NCBI GenBank assembly: GCA_964430105.1
Contig: CAYSEF010000004.1
Coordinates: 6,091-70,090, forward strand
Source of the DNA: an uncultured Ruminococcus sp.
GTDB taxonomy: Bacteria > Bacillota > Clostridia > Oscillospirales > CAG-272
Reading direction: 5' to 3'
Length of the DNA: 64,000 bases
Part shown: one piece after another, positions 7,921 through 16,577 of the stretch
How the letters are laid out: every line of letters starts with the position of its first letter
Numbering within the stretch: position 1 is the first letter of the stretch
Notes under the pieces: model-generated
The model's database searches: none
The model's input: the letters and a program-made list of their open reading frames with translations, nothing else
What the model was told of the DNA's origin: nothing
Translations under genes and position numbers: made by a program

Positions 7921-9468
7921 TTAGTGATCAAGAGCTTCGATGTTTTCTACGAGTCTTTCGAGAGACTTAACAGTAACCTTCTGTGTACTCTTGAGAGTAG
8001 AAGCAGGGCTGGTACCATCTGCACCGTTGAGCTTACGGAAAATCTTAATAAGGTCACCGAGAGATGCGGAGTAAACATAACCGAAGTCAAAACGAATGTC
8101 GGACATGATCTGGTCAAGCATCTGAGAAACAACGTTATCACGCGCATACTTCTGCTTGAGAGCAACTTCATAATATGCAGGAGTTACACTGCGGTAGGAT
8201 TCAACGCACATTGCTTCAAGGAATGCACCGCAGATATCGACTCTGTCATTTGAAGTGATCGGGAGAGCAAATACGGAAAGACCGTTGTGGGTGAATCCGC
8301 TGTAGTCAGCCTGATCTTCGTTGAGCTTAGGCAGAGGAATGATACCGTAGTCTGCTTCCATATCACGGAGAGTTTCGGTTGCGCTGAGGAATGTGGGGTA
8401 GAACATTGCGTTGTTAGCCATAAACTTTGCCGGAGGTTCAGCGTCAACAGTGGTGTTGTAAACGTTGTTGCCACTCCAAAGAAGCTTGTTCATAGCTTCG
8501 CAGAATGCGAAAGTGCGTTCACCATTGATAACGAGTTCCGGAACACCGTCGGAGTTCTTCTTTACAAGCTCAACGCCGGCAGCGCCTGTGAAGCCATCGT
8601 GTGTACCGGAGTCTGTACCACCTGTGAGAACCATACCGTGGAAGTCGTTGATATCATTGGTCTGGTTACCGTTTGTATCGTTATAGAGAGATGCGCAGTA
8701 TTCAGAGAGCAAATCGAGGGTCCATTTTCCTTCGTTAACGATCTGATACAGATCCTGACCGTTGTAATACTGAGCATAGAGGTCCTTGTTGTAGTACATA
8801 ACGTATGCACCACGGATCATTGACTGAGAAAGTTCACCTACAGCAAAGTAAACCTTACCGTCGATTTCAAGCTCATCTGTGAAGGACTGATTCCACCACG
8901 GCTGTTCCCAGTCGATGTACTGATTGTCATAAAGATTGAGAAGTGAACCTTCGATAATGATAGGTGTGGTCTGGCTCATGTGGTTAGCGAACAAATCGAA
9001 ATCCTTTGTTCCGGCTGTAACTGCTGTACGAACCTGACCAAGAACTCCGCCACCCTGATGCTGTGTATCGGTAGTCTGAATAGTGCCGATTTCAATACCA
9101 AGACGTTCTTCAACGAGAGCATTTCTCTGGTATACTGCGGAAACAACTACATCAGCGTTGTCTTCTTCAGCATAGATTTCGAGGATCATGTTGGAGTCGC
9201 CACCTCTATGTAAAACGGTAACGGTATCTCCATCGAATTTAAGGTCTGCGGGGAGGTTGTCTTTTGCGTTCAAACGCGGGTCATCTGAGGTTTCATCGTC
9301 TGTGACAGTAGCATCATTTGATCCTGCAACCGTCTCATCAGAGGAATTAGAGGTATCGGGTGTGTTAGTTTTTGAACCGGAGGTTTCATTGTCTGCTGCA
9401 TTGCTGCAAGCTGTGGGGAATACACATAGCATAGCAAGCAGAAGTGCCAATAGTCTTTTTGCCTTCAT
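7921..9468 (-). CDS. Extracellular solute-binding lipoprotein (ABC-type SBP family 1-like); no cognate permease nearby
   Basis: The start is taken at MKAKRLLALLLAMLCVFPTAC (lipobox FPTAC), with AAAGGAG upstream. An S/T/D-rich linker follows, then an SBP-like body. Confidence 0.7.
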   Translation of the reverse strand: MKAKRLLALLLAMLCVFPTACSNAADNETSGSKTNTPDTSNSSDETVAGSNDATVTDDETSDDPRLNAKDNLPADLKFDGDTVTVLHRGGDSNMILEIYAEEDNADVVVSAVYQRNALVEERLGIEIGTIQTTDTQHQGGGVLGQVRTAVTAGTKDFDLFANHMSQTTPIIIEGSLLNLYDNQYIDWEQPWWNQSFTDELEIDGKVYFAVGELSQSMIRGAYVMYYNKDLYAQYYNGQDLYQIVNEGKWTLDLLSEYCASLYNDTNGNQTNDINDFHGMVLTGGTDSGTHDGFTGAAGVELVKKNSDGVPELVINGERTFAFCEAMNKLLWSGNNVYNTTVDAEPPAKFMANNAMFYPTFLSATETLRDMEADYGIIPLPKLNEDQADYSGFTHNGLSVFALPITSNDRVDICGAFLEAMCVESYRSVTPAYYEVALKQKYARDNVVSQMLDQIMSDIRFDFGYVYSASLGDLIKIFRKLNGADGTSPASTLKSTQKVTVKSLERLVENIEALDH

Positions 9469-9766
9469 GCGGGGGCTCCTTTCAATGATACATAATTTAT
9501 CAGAATTTTCTGCATTCCTTATTATATCAAATTTGAAGTGCACTGTCAAGAAATAACCAATAGTTAGTTATAAAGTTTGTTTGCTTTCATAAAAAAGATA
9601 TTGCGTTTATGTCAAAATATTACAATAAGCGATTTGAGCGTAGTGCTGTAAAATGCGAATTTGTTTATATTTACTATAATTTATTGTTGGTTATAGATTT
9701 GTCAAATAGTCCAATTATAAATTGCGACGAATTCGTTAAAAATTTTAATATAAATCTGCACACTTC

Positions 9767-9795
9767 TTGACATATCGTCAAAAAACTGCTATACT
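9767..9795 (+). promoter_or_regulatory. Sigma-A type promoter for the Gfo/Idh/MocA gene
   Basis: TTGACA, 17-nt spacer, TATACT. Confidence 0.55.
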
Positions 9796-9878
9796 ATTTT
9801 TGATTTTATGGATAATTACGGCGACACTGCCGATACATAACGAAATAATTCAAATTTTATTCAATGGGGGAAATGATT

Positions 9879-10865
9879 ATGGTAAAAGTAGCAATGCTCT
9901 CCAAGTGGCACGTTCATGCCGGTGGATACGCAGGACAGCTCAAGCACAGCGGAAAGGTTGATATCGTAGCTGTTTGGGACGATAATACAGCTCGTGGCGA
10001 AGCATGGGCTAAGGAGCTTGGTTGCGAATTTATAGCTGATCTTGATACACTTCTTGCAAGAGATGATATCGAAGCTGTTATTTGCGACACACCTACTACC
10101 GATCACCACGATATTCTTATCAAGGCCGCTAAGGCAGGCAAGCATATCTTTACAGAAAAGGCTCTCTGCCCGACAGTTGCTGAATGCCTTGACGTAAAGA
10201 AGGCTATCGAAGAAGCCGGTGTTATATTCACTATCAGCTATCCTCAGAGAGGCCGTCCGTGCGTCCAGTTCGCTAAGAAGATGATCGAAGAAGGCGCATT
10301 CGGTAAGATTACTCTCGTTCGTTCTCGTGATGCTCATAACGGTGTATCAGGCAACTGGCTTCCTGACTACTGGTTCGATAAGGATGCTGCCGCAGGTGGT
10401 GCTATGATGGACCTTGGCTGCCACCCGATGTATCTTCTCGCACACTTCCTCGGTAAGCCTAAGAGAGTTACCGGTCTGTTCACTGCTCCTTACGGCAAGC
10501 CTGTTGACGAAAACGCTGTAGCTATTGCTGAATTTGCTGACGGTGCTATTGGTATAGCTGAAACCGGCTTCGTTTCTGTAGGTTCTCCTCAGACTATCGA
10601 AATTTACGGTACAGAAGGCTCTATGATCGCACACGGTGAGGATGTACAGTTCCAGTCAAAGAAGCTCGCAGGTGTTGTAAACGGATTTATCAAGCCTGAC
10701 CTTCCGAATTGGACAGAATCTCCTCTTATGCAGTTCATCAACGCTGTTGAAAAGGGAACAGGTTCACCGAAGTATCTCGGTATTGACGATGCTATCGCAC
10801 TTACAGAGCTTCTCGAAAATGCATATAAGGGCGACGAATCTAACACTATAGTAACTGTTGACTAA
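9879..10865 (+). CDS. Gfo/Idh/MocA family NAD(P)-dependent oxidoreductase
   Basis: The N-terminal Rossmann module is MVKVAMLSKWHVHAGGYA...AVWD, with EKAL and DLGCH motifs. The start is set at the ATG at 9879, after GGGGGA. Confidence 0.85.
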   Translation: MVKVAMLSKWHVHAGGYAGQLKHSGKVDIVAVWDDNTARGEAWAKELGCEFIADLDTLLARDDIEAVICDTPTTDHHDILIKAAKAGKHIFTEKALCPTVAECLDVKKAIEEAGVIFTISYPQRGRPCVQFAKKMIEEGAFGKITLVRSRDAHNGVSGNWLPDYWFDKDAAAGGAMMDLGCHPMYLLAHFLGKPKRVTGLFTAPYGKPVDENAVAIAEFADGAIGIAETGFVSVGSPQTIEIYGTEGSMIAHGEDVQFQSKKLAGVVNGFIKPDLPNWTESPLMQFINAVEKGTGSPKYLGIDDAIALTELLENAYKGDESNTIVTVD

Positions 10866-10989
10866 GGCAAGACAGCCTATACAAAACTGCCTGCTGTATG
10901 GGTTTCACCTGTGCAGTGGGCAATTTTATTTTGATAAATATTAGACTGTTAATGTCGTAAATTTCAAAGCTGTACCAAGGAGAAATTAA

Positions 10990-11502
10990 ATGATTTTTGA
11001 AAAAACACTTCTTCCAAACGAAATGTTCGATAATTTCGAGTGCGTTACTGCGGAGCATTTGCATGAGCTGGGAATATCGTATATTTTTTGCGATATTGAT
11101 AATACCCTCGCAACATACGATGATCCAACGCCACCTGAGAAGGTAGTGAAATGGTGCAGGCGAATGAATGAGTGTGGTATAACAGTTTCTTTTGTGTCAA
11201 ATAATGACGAGGAGCGTGTCGCACTGTTCAATAAATCCTTTGGATATACCGCATATTCTAAGGCACATAAACCTCTTATCGGTAAATTAAAACGTGCTAT
11301 GGCTGATGTCGGTGCGAAAAAGGAAAATTCTGCACTCCTCGGAGATCAGCTTTTGACAGATGCGGCAGCGGGAAATCGTGCAGGGCTTCATGTAATAATA
11401 GTTCCTCCGATCAAGGATAAGCTGACGTTTTTCTTCAGATTCAAGAGGTGGATCGAAGTGCCATACGTCAAGAAATTCAAGAAGATCAACGATGTAAAAT
11501 AA
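10990..11502 (+). CDS. YqeG family HAD-IIIA phosphatase
   Basis: 170 aa with motifs FCDIDNTL and LLGDQLLTDAAAGNRAGLHVIIVPPI. Confidence 0.85.
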   Translation: MIFEKTLLPNEMFDNFECVTAEHLHELGISYIFCDIDNTLATYDDPTPPEKVVKWCRRMNECGITVSFVSNNDEERVALFNKSFGYTAYSKAHKPLIGKLKRAMADVGAKKENSALLGDQLLTDAAAGNRAGLHVIIVPPIKDKLTFFFRFKRWIEVPYVKKFKKINDVK

Positions 11503-11586
11503 ATGACTACATAAAAAATCTTGCATTTTATAAGTTTTTTTATGTAGTATCTGAAATACTAACTTTAGAAAAGAAGGTATACAAAA

Positions 11587-12663
11587 ATGACAAAAATGGA
11601 ATACCGCTATAATACTCTCCGTGCTAAGATGCGTGAGAGGGGAATTGACGCAGTTTATGTTAATTCCGCAGAAAATCATCTCTATATGTCAGGCTTTGAT
11701 AATCCGGATGGCTGGATGTTTATAACTCTTGAAAAGTCGTATCTTTTTGCAGATTTCCGTTATATTGAAGCAGCTAAAGCAGAAGCAACCGAGCTTTGTG
11801 AAGTTTGCCTGCCGAATAAGCCAACTATTCAGGAGATAGTTCGTGATTTTAATATTAAGACCATAGGCTATGAGGACAGACGACTCACCTGTGCTTCTCT
11901 TGATTCAATTAAGCACTCACTTGACGGAATGGGTGTTGAATATGCTCCGATAGGCGGTATTTTTACTGAAATACGCTCTTATAAATCACCTGATGAGGTT
12001 GAAAATATTCTTGCGGCTCAAAAAATTGCAGAAGGTGCTTTTGAGCATATACTGAAAACCATCACCTATGATATGACCGAAACTGAGGTTGCAGCTGAGC
12101 TTGAATACTACATGAAGAAAAACGGAAGTGATAAGCCGTCGTTTGATACTATAGCAGTGTCCGGTAGCGCATCCTCCAGACCTCATGGCGTTCCGAGAAA
12201 GGTAAAGCTTGAAAAAGGCTTCCTTACAATGGACTATGGTGCAATGGTAAACGGCTATCATTCTGATATGACTCGTACTATTGTTATCGGCAAGGCTGAC
12301 GATGATATGAAAAAGCTCTATAATACGGTACTTACTGCACAGCTTGCAGCTATTGAAGCTATCACTGAGGGCGTAAAAAATGCCGATATGGATAAGGTAG
12401 CACGAGATATCATCTATGGTGCAGGATACGAAGGTTGCTTCGGCCATAGCCTTGGTCATGGAGTTGGTCTTGAAATACATGAAGCTCCAAACCTTTCACC
12501 CAGCTCAGGCGATCTGACCTTGAAGGTAGGACAGATTGTTACAGTTGAGCCAGGTATCTATATTGAAGGAAAATACGGTTGCCGTATCGAGGATATGGTG
12601 CTCATCGAAGAAGGCGGTAAGAGAAATCTTACAAATTGTCCGAAGGAACTCATTGAGGTATAA
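11587..12663 (+). CDS. Xaa-Pro aminopeptidase/dipeptidase (peptidase M24B)
   Basis: 358 aa with a creatinase-like N domain and M24 metal ligands (DYGAMVNGYHSDMTRT, HSLGHGVGLEIHEAP, EPGIY, RIED). Confidence 0.9.
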   Translation: MTKMEYRYNTLRAKMRERGIDAVYVNSAENHLYMSGFDNPDGWMFITLEKSYLFADFRYIEAAKAEATELCEVCLPNKPTIQEIVRDFNIKTIGYEDRRLTCASLDSIKHSLDGMGVEYAPIGGIFTEIRSYKSPDEVENILAAQKIAEGAFEHILKTITYDMTETEVAAELEYYMKKNGSDKPSFDTIAVSGSASSRPHGVPRKVKLEKGFLTMDYGAMVNGYHSDMTRTIVIGKADDDMKKLYNTVLTAQLAAIEAITEGVKNADMDKVARDIIYGAGYEGCFGHSLGHGVGLEIHEAPNLSPSSGDLTLKVGQIVTVEPGIYIEGKYGCRIEDMVLIEEGGKRNLTNCPKELIEV

Positions 12664-12694
12664 TTCCTGCTCAGCGTGAATTGAATAGTATAAA

Positions 12695-12742
12695 AATCCC
12701 ACAGGACTTACTTTAAGCGTACAGCTCCTGCGGGATTTTTTC
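12695..12742. terminator. Intrinsic terminator between two convergent genes
   Basis: Stem aatccc-a-cagga / tcctg-c-gggatt followed by TTTTTT. Confidence 0.55.
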
Positions 12743-12773
12743 TGTATTTTCTTTTGTATATCGCAAGCTACTT

Positions 12774-13325
12774 CTATGCACATTTACTGCTATTCAAACA
12801 GCTTCTGAGCTCGCAAAGCTTTCCACTGAATAAAGGCGTTAATTCTTCAATTTCAAGAAAATCAGTCGGGTGCATCAGCGTTGGCTGCTTAGGGAGTGCA
12901 ACTATTTCACAGTCGTTTAGTAATTTCGCTACAAACTGAGAACAAAAGAAGTGCTTTGGAATTTCAAAGGGTATATTAAATTTACATAACAGCAGTCCGA
13001 CTATGCTGTATTTATATTTATGTGAATTAGAGAACATATTGTATAGCTTAGTTTTCAGAGCAAAATATTCGCTTTCCGTGATACTTAGTGTAAGAACCAT
13101 ACAGGGAATGTTCTGTTGATTTTTGTAAAATCCACGATCTATATGCTCCTCAACCAAACCGGCAGGAAGTGGCAAAGATGCATATTTTCTCGCAAATGAA
13201 TACATTGAATTTATATTATCATTAAACGCTATTGATACATGAGTATAGGTTTCGCCTGTGAAATGGTGTATCAATCGTGACATAATGCTCGTTGATTGTG
13301 TTAGAATTATGTAAATATTCTTCAT
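12774..13325 (-). CDS. Hypothetical protein, possibly a permuted papain-fold (YiiX/YaeF, LRAT-like) amidase
   Basis: 183 aa. A His motif (GETYTHVSIAF) precedes a Cys motif (FFCSQFVAKLL), which is the permuted order seen in C92/NlpC-P60-like families. Confidence 0.45.
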   Translation of the reverse strand: MKNIYIILTQSTSIMSRLIHHFTGETYTHVSIAFNDNINSMYSFARKYASLPLPAGLVEEHIDRGFYKNQQNIPCMVLTLSITESEYFALKTKLYNMFSNSHKYKYSIVGLLLCKFNIPFEIPKHFFCSQFVAKLLNDCEIVALPKQPTLMHPTDFLEIEELTPLFSGKLCELRSCLNSSKCA

Positions 13326-13487
13326 TTTTTGCTCGCTTTGCTTGAAATTGACCTAAAAACCATGGTTTATTTGCTGATAGTATTATACACCACTTGATTT
13401 TTTCAGTCAATTAAGAGAAAATTAAAGATACCAATGTGAAAAATTAAAATTTCATTAAAATAACTGCGAGAAATTTGTCGAAACCTA

Positions 13488-13516
13488 TTGCAATTTTATT
13501 CATAACGTGTTAAAAT
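13488..13516 (+). promoter_or_regulatory. Sigma-A type promoter for the glycine riboswitch / symporter transcript
   Basis: TTGCAA, 17-nt spacer, TAAAAT, with TGT immediately upstream (extended -10). Confidence 0.55.
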
Positions 13517-13589
13517 ACATTCAGTATTTGACCGTGCGACATGATGTTGTCAGAAAAGATGTGCATTTTTTGCGTAGCTTGACTGATAG

Positions 13590-13686
13590 CGGATCGCACT
13601 CCGGAGAATCTCATGTTAAAATGAGTGCCGAAGGGGCAAGGAGAGCTGTGTGTTCTCTAATCTCTCAGGCGAAAGGACGGAGCGGT
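13590..13686 (+). promoter_or_regulatory. Glycine riboswitch, single aptamer
   Basis: The conserved blocks are CTCCGGAGAA, GTGCCGAAGGGGCAA and AATCTCTCAGGCGAAAGGACGGAG. P1 forms between cgca-ctccg and cggagcg. It sits upstream of an AGCS-family symporter, which is a classic context. Confidence 0.85.
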
Positions 13687-13730
13687 ATATCATATTTTAT
13701 ACAGCTTATAACGTCATTTGTTTTCTTCGG

Positions 13731-13759
13731 AACAGTCGATTAACTCGATTGTTTTTTTT
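13731..13759 (+). terminator. Terminator hairpin (expression platform of the glycine riboswitch)
   Basis: Stem aacagtcga / tcgattgtt, then TTTTTT, immediately before the RBS of the symporter. Confidence 0.7.
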
Positions 13760-13777
13760 ATTTTATTGGAGGAACTT

Positions 13778-15178
13778 ATGGATACTTTATCTCAGATCGT
13801 AAAAACGATCAACACCTATCTGTCGGACTACATTCTTATTTTTCTCTTGATCGGTTGCGGATTGTTCTTCACTATCAAGACAAGATTTGTTCAGGTTCGC
13901 TGCTTTGGAGAGGGAATGAAGGCTATGTTCGGTAACTTCTCGCTCAAAGGTAAAAAACATAGTAGCGGTATGTCGTCATTCCAGGCTCTTGCTACAGCTA
14001 TTGCTGCACAGGTCGGTACGGGTAATATCGTCGGTGCCTGCGGTGCTATACTTACAGGTGGTCCCGGTGCTATTTTCTGGATGTGGATTATTGCGTTCTT
14101 TGGTATGGCAACGATTTATGCCGAAGCTGTACTTGCTCAGGAAACAAGAGTAGTTCAGGATGACGGAACAGTAGTCGGTGGCCCCGTTTACTATATCACA
14201 AAGGCTTTCAAGGGAAAACTTGGTAAGTTCTTTGCAGGACTCTTTGCTTTCTCTATTATAATCGCACTTGGATGTATCGGTGCAATGGTGCAGTCAAACT
14301 CTATCGGCTCTACAATGCATACAGCTTTTGGTATTCCTTCATGGGTTGTAGGTCTTGTAATTGCTTTGATATCCGGATTTATTTTTATCGGAAATGTTCA
14401 GCGTCTTGCATCTGTTACAGAAAAAATCGTTCCCATAATGGCACTGATATATATTGTAGGCTGTCTGGTTCTCCTTATCTGCCGTATTCAGTATATACCC
14501 GAAACCTTCGCCCTTATTTTCAAGTATGCGTTTAAGCCTAATGCAATCATAGGTGGTGGCTTAGGTTATGCACTCAAAACAGCGATTTCACAGGGTGCAA
14601 AAAGAGGCTTGTTCTCAAATGAAGCAGGTATGGGTTCTACACCTCATGCACACGCTATTGCAAATGTAAAAAAGCCTCATGATCAGGGCGTTATTGCAAT
14701 GATGGGTGTGTTTGTTGATACATTTGTTGTATTGAATCTCACTGCTCTTACTGTTATCTCCACTCTTTATGCAGGCGATGGTATTCTTGCAGGTGGTGCA
14801 GTAGAAGGTGTTGGCGGTGATAATATGGCACAGCTTGCATTCTCGTCAGTTTTCGGTGAAACATTCGGTAATGCGTTCGTAGCAATATGCTTGTTGTTCT
14901 TCGCTTTCTCCACGATACTCGGATGGAATCTGTTTGCAAAGATAAATGTGGAATACCTGTTTGGTAAAAAGTCTGTTACAGTTCTTTCTGTAGTTGCTGT
15001 TATCTTTGTATTCCTCGGCTCTATTCTCAAAAATGATTTCGTGTGGGATCTCATGGATATGTTTAACCAGCTTATGGTTATTCCTAACGTACCTTCGCTT
15101 ATAGCTTTGTCAGGCATAGTAGCGACATCAGCTGCTGCCGGTGCAAAGATGTATAAGGATAGCAAGAAAAATAAATAA
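13778..15178 (+). CDS. Alanine/glycine:cation (sodium) symporter, AGCS family
   Basis: About 466 aa and multi-TM. The N-terminus is MDTLSQIVKTINTYLSDYILIFLL, and the motif FQALATAIAAQVGTGNIVG is present. GGAGGA lies before the ATG at 13778, so the ORF-track start at 13718 overlaps the terminator. Confidence 0.9.
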   Translation: MDTLSQIVKTINTYLSDYILIFLLIGCGLFFTIKTRFVQVRCFGEGMKAMFGNFSLKGKKHSSGMSSFQALATAIAAQVGTGNIVGACGAILTGGPGAIFWMWIIAFFGMATIYAEAVLAQETRVVQDDGTVVGGPVYYITKAFKGKLGKFFAGLFAFSIIIALGCIGAMVQSNSIGSTMHTAFGIPSWVVGLVIALISGFIFIGNVQRLASVTEKIVPIMALIYIVGCLVLLICRIQYIPETFALIFKYAFKPNAIIGGGLGYALKTAISQGAKRGLFSNEAGMGSTPHAHAIANVKKPHDQGVIAMMGVFVDTFVVLNLTALTVISTLYAGDGILAGGAVEGVGGDNMAQLAFSSVFGETFGNAFVAICLLFFAFSTILGWNLFAKINVEYLFGKKSVTVLSVVAVIFVFLGSILKNDFVWDLMDMFNQLMVIPNVPSLIALSGIVATSAAAGAKMYKDSKKNK

Positions 15179-15185
15179 ATAAATC

Positions 15186-15234
15186 GGCTGTCGTGTTCTC
15201 ATTACAAACCTTGAGAATACGACAGCCTTTTTTT
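15186..15234. terminator. Bidirectional terminator between the symporter and the holin-like gene
   Basis: A 15-bp stem, ggctgtcgtgttctc / gagaatacgacagcc, then TTTTTTT. Confidence 0.75.
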
Positions 15235-15445
15235 ACTTGTTTTCTGATTTCAGCCTTGCATAAGCCGCATCAATTTCAGCTTCACCGAAAATATATGATA
15301 TCACTGAAATAGCTGACGTTACTACACCTGCTATCTGTGCATAGTCATTTTCTTCAATTCCGAATGCCGCAGCAATGCCTACTGCAAGTCCACATAGTGC
15401 CACCCATAGCTTGCGTGAGGCTAACTTTTTAAGAAATGTTTTCAT
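15233..15445 (-). CDS. Holin-like small membrane protein (two TM segments)
   Basis: 70 aa with TM1 LWVALCGLAVGIAAAFGI, TM2 IAGVVTSAISVISYIFG, and a charged C-terminus. Its start overlaps the stop of the M23 gene (ATGA). Confidence 0.55.
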   Translation of the reverse strand: MKTFLKKLASRKLWVALCGLAVGIAAAFGIEENDYAQIAGVVTSAISVISYIFGEAEIDAAYARLKSENK

Positions 15446-16077
15446 ATTTTCTCTCCTTTAATTAAATTTAATATAAGATCATATAGACGAAACAAAAATA
15501 CAACAGCTTCTTCGCGTGTACATGACGAACTAAGCTTAAAATTGCCGTGTTCATCGCCTTTGAGTATACCGTTTTCGTGTGCCCACTTGACTGCATTTTC
15601 TGCCCATTCATGCAGTGCAGAAGAATTGCATGGTTGAATATGCTCATATCCCGTTATGTTTGGAATTCCGAGATATTCGGCGGCGTTTATTTGCTTGTCA
15701 TTGCGACGAACTTCAAAATGCAGATGTGAACCGGTCGATTTGCCACTTGAGCCTTCTACAGCTATAAGCTGACCGTCAGATATTCTTTCTCCAACCTCTA
15801 CCAATCGCTTTGCAAGATGACAGTAGTATACTATCTCTCCTCCGTCAGCTTGAATTGCTATGTAATTTCCCCATTCTGAAGTCCTGTCATTTTTATCCGA
15901 AACAATGCGTGAACGAATTACTGTGCCTGAGCTGACACTGAAAACAGCTTTATCCTCTCCGACAAGATCCAGACCACCGTGCCATGCTCCGGCTTCGTTT
16001 GTTATCGGATCAATACGATATCCATAACAGCTCGTTATTTTGAAAAAACCTTTGTAAGGGTAATTTGTTCGGCTCAT
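15442..16077 (-). CDS. M23 family metallopeptidase with a C-terminal SLH-like cell-wall-binding repeat (endolysin/autolysin-like)
   Basis: LytM motifs are present (WHGGLDL and GSSGKSTGSHLHFEV). The C-terminal segment AENAVKWAHENGILKGDEHGNFKLSSSCTREEAVVFLFRL resembles an SLH repeat. Confidence 0.8.
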   Translation of the reverse strand: MSRTNYPYKGFFKITSCYGYRIDPITNEAGAWHGGLDLVGEDKAVFSVSSGTVIRSRIVSDKNDRTSEWGNYIAIQADGGEIVYYCHLAKRLVEVGERISDGQLIAVEGSSGKSTGSHLHFEVRRNDKQINAAEYLGIPNITGYEHIQPCNSSALHEWAENAVKWAHENGILKGDEHGNFKLSSSCTREEAVVFLFRLYDLILNLIKGEKI

Positions 16078-16433
16078 TATTCCTCCTTCGTGATTTGCTG
16101 TTCGGCTGAATGTGTTTGCAGGTTGAGCGTCGCTTCATATAACGCAGTTGCAACGTCATTTCCGCCCAGTGCGTGATATGCACCGTACATTCTTCTCAGC
16201 GATTCTTTGGCGTATACAGGGCAGTAGCCTTCATTGGTGTATCGCTCATGATAAGAAATTATCTGCGCCCGAAGCAGACATTGTACTCCTGTACTGATTG
16301 CTTTGTCGTGCTGTTTTTTCATGCGGATATATGTTCCTATCCCTGATACTGTCCCACCTAATATAAACGGAATTGCCCATTCGATAATATTTTTTATAAT
16401 CAAAATAACCTCCTTTCCGCACATTTTCACCAA
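16077..16433 (-). CDS. Hypothetical N-terminally membrane-anchored protein, first gene of the lysis-like cassette
   Basis: It has one TM segment (IIEWAIPFILGGTVSGIGTYI). Its stop overlaps the M23 start (TAATG). AAGGAGG precedes the in-frame TTG at 16403, so the true start may be 16403 rather than 16433. Confidence 0.5.
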   Translation of the reverse strand: MVKMCGKEVILIIKNIIEWAIPFILGGTVSGIGTYIRMKKQHDKAISTGVQCLLRAQIISYHERYTNEGYCPVYAKESLRRMYGAYHALGGNDVATALYEATLNLQTHSAEQQITKEE

Positions 16434-16464
16434 AGTCAGTATAACATAAGCGGAGAATTATTTC

Positions 16465-16489
16465 GTCCCGAATTTGTCCCGGAAAATTT
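16465..16489. repeat. Adjacent direct repeat GTCCCGAATTT / GTCCCGGAAAATTT in a divergent promoter region
   Basis: Read directly from the sequence. It lies between the lysis-like cassette and the zinc-ribbon gene. Confidence 0.4.
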
Positions 16490-16516
16490 GCTTTGAAAAA
16501 GTATATCTTAAATAAC

Positions 16517-16545
16517 TTGCATCACTATAAAAACTGTGATATAAT
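16517..16545 (+). promoter_or_regulatory. Sigma-A type promoter for the zinc-ribbon membrane protein gene
   Basis: TTGCAT, 17-nt spacer, TATAAT, preceded by TGA (extended -10). Confidence 0.55.
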
Positions 16546-16577
16546 GTAGAAAAGAAAACAAAAAATGGGGTGTTTGT

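Noticed and set aside
10866-10989. A possible terminator or structured element after the Gfo/Idh/MocA gene.
   Set aside because: Only weak, imperfect pairing could be drawn (ctgc...gcag), with a poor T-run. This is not convincing.
13523-13590. Possible first aptamer of a tandem glycine riboswitch.
   Set aside because: Only one CCGAAGGGGCAA / CUCAGGCGAAAGGAC core is present. The upstream part has just a simple hairpin.
13507-13743. A 78-aa ORF upstream of the symporter, together with the extended symporter start at 13718.
   Set aside because: The region is the glycine riboswitch and its terminator. The real start is the RBS-preceded ATG at 13778.
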